IMG/VR virus record: IMGVR_UViG_2671180292_000001
Span: 1-64,000 of that record
From: a virus
Lineage: Duplodnaviria; Caudoviricetes
DNA: 64,000 nucleotides
Strand: one strand, 5' to 3'
The notes under the pieces were generated by a model. It was given only the letters and a program-made list of their open reading frames with translations, was not told the DNA's origin and ran no database searches. A program made the translations under genes and the position numbers. Shown here piece after piece: positions 57,242 through 64,000 of this stretch. Numbering within the stretch: the stretch's first letter is position 1; every line of letters starts with the position of its first letter.

Positions 57242-57730
57242 TTAGACCTCGCGCGTGGACAGAATCATGAAGTCGGCCCCGGCCGCACCGGTGAACACGA
57301 ACTCGTCCTGGAGGGATTCGCCGGCCTGGCCGCCCTTGTCCACGCTCCAGGTCGCCGTCGCCCCTGCGGGGAGCACGACTGCTGGGCCGCCGCCGATGCT
57401 CACGGTGGGCGCCCCGGCGAACACCATGAACGTCACCGACCGGGCCCCGGACGGGATCGTCACCGTGCCAGCGCCGGTCTGCCGCTGCGCCGTGGATGCG
57501 ATCTCCGGGTCCGGGTTGGTCTGCTCGGCGCACACGCCCACGGTGCCGGTCGCCGTGTACTCGGTGACGCCGTCCACCTCGTAGTCCGCCGGGGTGACCG
57601 TGCCCGCGCTGTCGGACTGGTAGCGCCGCAAGAACGGTGTCACAGTGCCGTCAGCAGCCACGTCACAGAGGATCGTGAACTCGACGTCAGGTGCCGCAGT
57701 GCCAGAGATGCTGCCGTTGGTGCCGGACAA
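57242..57730 (-). CDS. LCD-module protein (1 module + shared C-terminal domain)
   Basis: AGGAG RBS; ILCD..TPFLRRY..DG..Y...G.VGVC. Confidence 0.75.
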   Translation of the reverse strand: MSGTNGSISGTAAPDVEFTILCDVAADGTVTPFLRRYQSDSAGTVTPADYEVDGVTEYTATGTVGVCAEQTNPDPEIASTAQRQTGAGTVTIPSGARSVTFMVFAGAPTVSIGGGPAVVLPAGATATWSVDKGGQAGESLQDEFVFTGAAGADFMILSTREV

Positions 57731-57831
57731 TGCTCCTCCTCAGGGATCTTCGCTGCCAGTGTTTTCGGGGCGATCGGCGGTCCTACGCGATCCGCCGGTA
57801 TCGGATGTTGGTGCCGTAACCGTGTTCGGCG

Positions 57832-58923
57832 CTAGGGCCGGTAGGTCCAGACCAGGAGGTACTCAGACGCGGCGTCCGCCCCCTGGAAGGAAGCGCCCGC
57901 CAGGGTGCCGTCGTCGTCCCCGACGATCGACCATGTAAGCGACGTCCCCGACGGGACCGGCACGGCCGCGCCATCTGTCATGGTCACCAGGACGCTGCCG
58001 GACAGGACGGTCAGGGTGACGCTCTGCAGGCCGGGGAACGCCGCTACCAGGTCCTGGGCGGACGTGCCGGTCACGCGACGTACCCCGGTGTTCAGCGGGC
58101 TGGGCGCCGGCGGGGTGCAGTCTCCACAGACGCCGACGGTGCCAGTCGAGGTGTAGGGCGTGCCGTCGATGGCGTAGTCCGAATAGCCGATGATCTGGCC
58201 GTTCAGGTCGCGCCGGTAGTCCCTGACGAACGGTGTGATCGTGCCATCGCCGGCGGTGTCGCACAGGGGGGTCAGGTCTTGTTCGGGCTGCTCCACCCCG
58301 GTCGGGCACATCGTGATGAACCCGGTCGGGGTGTAGGTGTCCCCGGTGACCGCGTCGACCAGGCGCACGCTGCTGATGGTGCCGTCCGCGGCGTAGGAGT
58401 ATTCGATCAGCACGAGGCCGAGGACCTCGCCTGTCGCCGCATTCAGGTCACAAAACGTCCCGGACACCTGGATCGAACGGGAGTCGCCGCAGGCGATCAC
58501 ACCGGTCGGTGGGGCACCAGCTGAGAACGCTCCCGTCGTGAGGTTGATCCACCCGGTCTGCGCCACCACCCCAGCGCAGTCCCGCACCACGGTGACCGCT
58601 ATCGGCGTCCCATCCGGCAAACAAAGACCCAGCGTGGCCACCGGCTCGGTCGGCTGCTCGCAATCCGACACGGTACCGCCGCCGCCCGACGCGCACGGGC
58701 CGAGCGTGCCCTGCGGCACATAATCGGCCCCGGTCGCCGGGTCCACCACCCGTGTGCCGACCCGCTGCCCGGTACTGGCGTCGTAAACCGGCTCCACTAG
58801 TACCGTCGCCGCCGTACTACCGTCGGGCAGGACGTCGCACAGGACGATCGCCTCCACGTCCAGCCTCGGCGTCGCGTTCGCGCCGGTGACGATGACCGGG
58901 CCCTGCCCGCAACAACCACTCAC
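57832..58923 (-). CDS. LCD-module protein (3-4 modules + shared C-terminal domain)
   Basis: GGAGG RBS; repeated LCD...Y.P.G..G.C. Confidence 0.75.
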   Translation of the reverse strand: MSGCCGQGPVIVTGANATPRLDVEAIVLCDVLPDGSTAATVLVEPVYDASTGQRVGTRVVDPATGADYVPQGTLGPCASGGGGTVSDCEQPTEPVATLGLCLPDGTPIAVTVVRDCAGVVAQTGWINLTTGAFSAGAPPTGVIACGDSRSIQVSGTFCDLNAATGEVLGLVLIEYSYAADGTISSVRLVDAVTGDTYTPTGFITMCPTGVEQPEQDLTPLCDTAGDGTITPFVRDYRRDLNGQIIGYSDYAIDGTPYTSTGTVGVCGDCTPPAPSPLNTGVRRVTGTSAQDLVAAFPGLQSVTLTVLSGSVLVTMTDGAAVPVPSGTSLTWSIVGDDDGTLAGASFQGADAASEYLLVWTYRP

Positions 58924-59005
58924 CGAAACCTCCGGAGGAAGCCCGACCCTTCAGAGCCGGGAGGAATCTGGACCCCGCAAGGGGTGGAAGAGGAGCCCAT
59001 GCCGG

Positions 59006-60685
59006 TCAGCAGGGGTCAGGCTCGTAGGTGACGTAGCAGGTGTAGTCGCACATGGACACGCCGGTCGGGGGGCCCGCCGGAAGCGCCGTCACCTGCACCG
59101 GCGTCGGGTTGGTGGCCGCGGCGCCGCCGTTGCCCATCTGCCCTGACCCGCCGTACCCCCAGGTGTAGATACGCCCGTCTTCCAGCATCGCGATCATCGA
59201 GTCGTAGCCGATGTCCGCATCGGCCACCGGCCCCGGCAGCGGCACCTGCACCGCGCACGGGGTCGTGCCGCCGGAGGTGCCCTGGCCGGTGTTGCCGAAA
59301 ACGTCGCTGCCCCACACCCACATGTCGCCGGATGGGGTCACGAACCCGCCGGAAGGGAACCCGGCCAGCGCGGTCGCCGCTGTCACACCTGGCGGCATCG
59401 GGATCTGCGACGGGACCTGCTGCGTCGCGGTGTCCGGGTTGCAGTCGCCCAACTGCTGCCAGTTGTCGATGCCCCACGTCCACACCTGGCCGCCGTCATC
59501 AACCGCCACGTTGTGGTATCGCCCGGCTGCGATGGACGTGATCACCGTCCCGGCTGGGAACGGCGTCTGAACGGGGGTCAGTTTGTTGCTGCTGGTCGTG
59601 GTGCCGGACGCCTGCCCGTATCCGTCATAGCCCCAGCCCCACACCTCGCCATCCTCCGTCAGGACGATCATGTGGTCGAGGCCGCACGCGATCTGTGTCA
59701 CCGACGCTGGCAGCGTCACCGCCGCCCACGTCGTCCGGTCCGAGGTGCCGCCGGTGCCGAGCTGCCCCAGCCCGCCCTCGCCCGTCGTATACACCTGGCC
59801 ATCGCTGCCCAAGAAAGCCCCGGTGTACTGCATCGCGTCCACCGCGATGGCGGTCACCCCCGGCGGCATCGTCGACGGAACCGGGGTGCTGGACCAGTTG
59901 GTCGTGCCGTCGCCGAACCCGCCGGACCCGTTGTACCCCCACGCCCACACCCGGCCTTCGGTGTCGATCGCCAGGCTCAGCGCCTCCGCACCACCCCCGA
60001 TCGTCACCAGCTGGGTGTCTCCGGTCGCCTGCGGCACGGGCGTGAGCCGGTTGGTGGACGCCCCGTCACCGACCCGCCCCCACGCCCCATACCCCCACGC
60101 GTACGCAGGCGCGGCCTCCGCCCGGGTGGTGTACGGGTCGGACGTGTACGACCCCGCAGGGTCCGCGCAGCCGTTCACCGCGACGGGCCACACCGTCGCC
60201 GTCACCGTCTCGCACGGCGACAGCGGCTCCGCCACCACCACCCGGTAGGTGGCCCCCGCCACGTGCGACAGCGACGCCGGCTGGCCGCCCACCGCGACGA
60301 GCGTGTCGACCGGCGACACCGGCTGGCCGAACGTGACAGTAAGCGGTGTGGTCCGGCGCACTGTGGTTTCCGAGGCTGGCGGGTCATACACCGGCGTCCA
60401 CTCCGGTTCCAGCGCCCCGGCGGGCACACCCGCGCACGGGTCAGGCGCCGGGGAAGGCGCCGAGGTGGAGCAGTCCGCGATGATCGTCCCTACCGGGGTG
60501 TAAGGGGTGCGGCCGTCGAGCTGGTAGTCCACCGCCGTGGTGGTCTGCTGCCCGTCCCGGTCGACCAGGTAGCGGCGCAGAAACGACACCGACGAGACGA
60601 CCTCACCGCTGGCGTCCACGGTCTGGTCGCAGAGCTTCTCCTGGACCAGGTGGGCGCCGGCCCCGATGGCTCCGTGCGTTGACAT
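59006..60685 (-). CDS. LCD-module protein with RCC1/BLIP-II beta-propeller
   Basis: Repeated G.V..WG....GQ.G.G....TPV blades; N-terminal LCD module; GGAGG RBS. Confidence 0.85.
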   Translation of the reverse strand: MSTHGAIGAGAHLVQEKLCDQTVDASGEVVSSVSFLRRYLVDRDGQQTTTAVDYQLDGRTPYTPVGTIIADCSTSAPSPAPDPCAGVPAGALEPEWTPVYDPPASETTVRRTTPLTVTFGQPVSPVDTLVAVGGQPASLSHVAGATYRVVVAEPLSPCETVTATVWPVAVNGCADPAGSYTSDPYTTRAEAAPAYAWGYGAWGRVGDGASTNRLTPVPQATGDTQLVTIGGGAEALSLAIDTEGRVWAWGYNGSGGFGDGTTNWSSTPVPSTMPPGVTAIAVDAMQYTGAFLGSDGQVYTTGEGGLGQLGTGGTSDRTTWAAVTLPASVTQIACGLDHMIVLTEDGEVWGWGYDGYGQASGTTTSSNKLTPVQTPFPAGTVITSIAAGRYHNVAVDDGGQVWTWGIDNWQQLGDCNPDTATQQVPSQIPMPPGVTAATALAGFPSGGFVTPSGDMWVWGSDVFGNTGQGTSGGTTPCAVQVPLPGPVADADIGYDSMIAMLEDGRIYTWGYGGSGQMGNGGAAATNPTPVQVTALPAGPPTGVSMCDYTCYVTYEPDPC

Positions 60686-60693
60686 CGATCCTC

Positions 60694-63600
60694 CTAGCTG
60701 GCCGTGATGCGGGTGTAGGCGACGGTGACGGTGCCCGGACCCGCCTCGGTCATGAAAGTCCCGGTGAGGGCCGCATCCTCGTCCCGGACGACGGACCACG
60801 TCACCGACTCCCCCGCGTACAGCGTTGATGTGCCATCCGCGGTGGTTATCAGGGCGGTACCGCCGTGCGCAGTGACGGTGACCGACTGCACAAGGACATG
60901 GGCCGACAGGTCCCACGTCTGCCCGGGGGCGAGTTCCACCCGGTGGGCCTGCACCCCGCGCGCTGAGGGTGCGCCCCCGACCGGGCACTCCACAGGCGCG
61001 ACGGGCTCGTACGGGCCAGTCAGGTCCGGCAGGTAGGTGCCCAGACTGGCCAGCTCACCAGAGCAGGAATCCACGGCGATTAGTTCGACGTAGTCGACAT
61101 CGCCGATCCCGTCGCCATCTGTGTCGTCGCAGCGGCACGCCTCGATGACGTGCTGCGCCGTGCACTCGGGAGCCTCACCCTCCGCGGTGGCGCATTGGCC
61201 GGGCTCTCCGGTGACGGTGTAGGGGGTGGTGCCGTCCAGAGCGGTGTCGGCCGAGGCGATGACCTCCCCGGCCGTGTTGTACCGCAGGTGCCGCAGGAAC
61301 GGCGTGGTGCCGTCCTCCGTGACGTCGCAGAGCGCCAGGAGCTCCACGTCCGGACCGGGCTCCGGGTCCGGGCACGTGGTGATGCTCGCCCCGCCCGGGA
61401 CCGGTACGGGCCCCCACGTGAGCGGGTCCACGTAGTCGACGGACAGCCGCTCCCCGGTGGCGGTGTCGTAGGTGACCTCGGCGAGGATGCGCGCGAGGAC
61501 GCTGCCCGTGGTGTTGTCGACCACGCACATGGAGACCAGCTCGACGTCCCGGCCCTCGGCTGGGTCCGGCTGGCACCGGCCGACGGTCCCGGTCGGCACG
61601 TAGGGCGTGGCACCGTCCAACGCAGTGTCGATGACCCCTGCGACCTGTCCGGCGCTGCCGTAGGAGAAGTGCCGCAGGAACGGGACGCTCGGCCCGTCCT
61701 CGGGGGTGTCGCACAGGACGACGGGCTCGACGTCGAGGCCCCGGCCGCCGCCCGCGCTGCAACCGGTGCCGCACGGCACCTGCTGGCCCTCCGGGGCGTC
61801 CGTGGCCACGCCGTCCGCGTCCAGCCACGACACGCTTACCGTGCCGTCGCACCCCTGGCTGTAGACCTTCGTGACCTGCGTCTCCTGGCAGGACTGCGCG
61901 GGGGTGAGCGTCCACTCCCGGCCGTCGACGTCCTCCACCACCATCGGCCCGTAGACGGTCTGTGTGCCGCCGGTCGAGCCGACGAACCACGCGCAGCCCG
62001 GCTGATTCTGCGCGGACCAGGTCGCCCCGGACGGGTCGAGGTTGGTGAGCGCGAGCGCCCAGTTGTGGTGCATCCCGAGATTGCCCGGGGTGCCCTCGCC
62101 GCAGGGGCCGCCGGCGAACGACCGCCCGCCGTCCCCAATGACCTCCTCCCCGTTCACGATCCAACTCGTGATGGTGAGTCCGCCCGTGGTCGGCTGGCAC
62201 GGGAACTGCCCGCCCGGGCCCTGGATACCGCCGCACTGGCCCGGCACGCCGCCAATCAACGAGGTGTTGTCGTAGCTCGCCTCGGAGCGCTCCACGATGC
62301 CCACGCACTCCGTGGAGAACGCGACCGGGCACGCGAGCTCCTGGCAGAGGACCAGTTCCGCGCCGGCCGGGAGCTCCACCTCGTCCCCGGTCGTCGGGTC
62401 GGTCAGCCGCTGCACCACCCGGTCGCCCGTCTGGTCGTCGTAGACGCGCTCCACCAGCACCTGGCCGAGGATTTCGCCGTCGGCGTCCTGGATGCACAGG
62501 ACGTCCGGCTCGACGTCCACGCGATGTTCCGGCGGCGGGGGCGGGCAGCACTCCCCGCCTCCCGCAGCCTGGCACTGGCCGACCTGCCCGGTCACCTCGT
62601 ACGGGGCGCCGTCCAGGGTGGTGTCGCTGACCTGGACGACCTCGCCGGTGGCGCAGTCGACGGTGAGCGTGCGCAGAATCTGGGTGGCGCACCCGGCGAC
62701 GTCGTAGGCGTAGCTGATGTTAAAGGCGTCGGCGGTCCAGGACTTGCGTGTGACGCCGTGGCCGGTCTCCAGATCGAGGTGCACGCCGATCTGCCCGGCT
62801 GCGAGCTGGACGGCGGGGACGCTCGCTGTCACCGTCAGGACGCCGTCCCAGCCCGCAGGCACATCAGTCGGCACGCTGCGGTTGCCCAGCATCTGGCGGC
62901 CGGCGTCGAACAGCCTGAGCGCGCCGGAGTACCCGACTCCGGCGTCCGGCCCGAGCTGGGTGACATGCACCGACACGGTGACGGTGGCGGTGCCGTCGTC
63001 GCAGGCAGGCCGATCGGCCTGCACGCTCGCCTCGACCGTGCGGTAGGTCTGCTCAATGTTCCCCGTGCCGGGCTCGGCCGGGAAGGCCAGGCTCCCGCCG
63101 GACCACAGGGCGGCGCCGCCGCCCGCAAGTGCGCGGTAGGTGCCGGTGCCGCCGATCGGCGGGAACATGCCGCCGGGCGGGGCGGGCAGGTCGGTGACAG
63201 TGGGCTCGCCAGCAGCGCCGTCGGTGGGGATGTCGCACAGCAGGACCGTGGTGGAGTTACGGCACGGCTCTGCCGGGCAGCACTGGCCGCCTGCGGTGGT
63301 GCAGGCGCCGATCTGTCCCACGGGGTTGTACGGCTGCCCGTCCGAGGTGGTGTAGGTGACAGAGGTGACCTCGCCGCTCTGGCAGTCGGTGACCACGGTG
63401 GCCAGGACCTGCTGGGCGCAGCCGTCCTGGTCGTAGGCGACGGTGACGGTGGCCTCGTCGAGCACCCAGCCGCCGACGCGGGCGCCGCCGGGGCCGCTGC
63501 CGGGGCAGGCGGCCAGCGCGAGCTGGTAGGTCTCCATCAGGCCGAACAGGCGGACGGTCCCGGCGGCGAGGTCGGCGGCGGGCACCTGCCCGGTGACCGT

Positions 63601-64000
63601 GAGGGTCTGGACGGTGCCGACAGGGATGCTGCTCGGCGTGACACCGGCGGCGGCGATCTGTGTCCCGCCCACGAGCATGCGGAAGCTGCCCGTGCCCTGG
63701 CAGCCGTCGTCAGGACCGGTCCGCTCGACGCGGATGCTGGCGGTGACGGTGGCGGTCCCGGCGTCGCATGCGGGCCGGTCGGCCTGCACGCTCGCGGCGA
63801 AGGTGCGCACGAGCTGGGAGGTGCCGTCGCCGGGTGGGGCGTCGTCGGGCGGGATGATCAGACTGCCGCCCGACCACAGGGCGGCGGCGCCGCCGGCGAC
63901 GGGTTCCTGCCCGGTGCCCGGGAAGACGCCGGCCGGATCATTGTCGGTGACCGTGGGGGCAGGCCCACCGTCGCCCGGCAGGTCGCACACCAGCAGCGTC
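60694..64000 (-). CDS. Large multi-LCD-module protein (5' end outside window)
   Basis: Open to the window edge; at least seven modules and two copies of a WSGGSL..QADRPACD domain. Confidence 0.8.
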   Translation of the reverse strand, partial: TLLVCDLPGDGGPAPTVTDNDPAGVFPGTGQEPVAGGAAALWSGGSLIIPPDDAPPGDGTSQLVRTFAASVQADRPACDAGTATVTASIRVERTGPDDGCQGTGSFRMLVGGTQIAAAGVTPSSIPVGTVQTLTVTGQVPAADLAAGTVRLFGLMETYQLALAACPGSGPGGARVGGWVLDEATVTVAYDQDGCAQQVLATVVTDCQSGEVTSVTYTTSDGQPYNPVGQIGACTTAGGQCCPAEPCRNSTTVLLCDIPTDGAAGEPTVTDLPAPPGGMFPPIGGTGTYRALAGGGAALWSGGSLAFPAEPGTGNIEQTYRTVEASVQADRPACDDGTATVTVSVHVTQLGPDAGVGYSGALRLFDAGRQMLGNRSVPTDVPAGWDGVLTVTASVPAVQLAAGQIGVHLDLETGHGVTRKSWTADAFNISYAYDVAGCATQILRTLTVDCATGEVVQVSDTTLDGAPYEVTGQVGQCQAAGGGECCPPPPPEHRVDVEPDVLCIQDADGEILGQVLVERVYDDQTGDRVVQRLTDPTTGDEVELPAGAELVLCQELACPVAFSTECVGIVERSEASYDNTSLIGGVPGQCGGIQGPGGQFPCQPTTGGLTITSWIVNGEEVIGDGGRSFAGGPCGEGTPGNLGMHHNWALALTNLDPSGATWSAQNQPGCAWFVGSTGGTQTVYGPMVVEDVDGREWTLTPAQSCQETQVTKVYSQGCDGTVSVSWLDADGVATDAPEGQQVPCGTGCSAGGGRGLDVEPVVLCDTPEDGPSVPFLRHFSYGSAGQVAGVIDTALDGATPYVPTGTVGRCQPDPAEGRDVELVSMCVVDNTTGSVLARILAEVTYDTATGERLSVDYVDPLTWGPVPVPGGASITTCPDPEPGPDVELLALCDVTEDGTTPFLRHLRYNTAGEVIASADTALDGTTPYTVTGEPGQCATAEGEAPECTAQHVIEACRCDDTDGDGIGDVDYVELIAVDSCSGELASLGTYLPDLTGPYEPVAPVECPVGGAPSARGVQAHRVELAPGQTWDLSAHVLVQSVTVTAHGGTALITTADGTSTLYAGESVTWSVVRDEDAALTGTFMTEAGPGTVTVAYTRITAS

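Larger units (their letters stand above)
1..64000. mobile_element. Integrated siphovirus-type prophage carrying an AICE-like transfer module (partial)
   Basis: Integrase, replication, TraB-like, lysis and tail modules with no intervening host genes; head genes and att sites not in window. Confidence 0.8.

Noticed and set aside
38808-64000. Diversity-generating retroelement acting on fibre repeats
   Set aside because: No reverse transcriptase in the window; repeat differences are not adenine-specific and look like ordinary domain duplication.

Overview
High-GC DNA from a filamentous actinomycete (SsgA, chromosomal-type FtsK). The whole window appears to be the left ~64 kb of one integrated element, and no host housekeeping block is visible. 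Order: tyrosine integrase/XRE repressor/excisionase (1-2.8 kb); accessory regulators, a kinase plus Cys-tailed protein pair and an ImmA-peptidase/PIN pair (3-10 kb); replication module (HTH initiator, DnaB, HNH, GIY-YIG; 10-15 kb); GntR/Xis switch and an AICE/plasmid-type transfer operon (SsgA, wall hydrolase, membrane proteins, TraB-like ATPase, Spd-like protein, second full-length FtsK; 17-28.6 kb); small genes separated by a repeated hairpin (28.7-33.6 kb); then a minus-strand siphovirus lysis and tail module (36.8-55 kb), a TnpB-only IS200/IS605 element, and Cys-rich modular repeat proteins running off the right edge. Main observations: phage plus TraB-conjugation hybrid architecture; a polarity-switching GAGTTCC repeat field between two translocases; a 4-copy non-coding motif before late genes; in-frame amber junction in the tail chaperone pair; a 19-aa sORF. 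All product calls come from motif recognition by eye, with no database searches.
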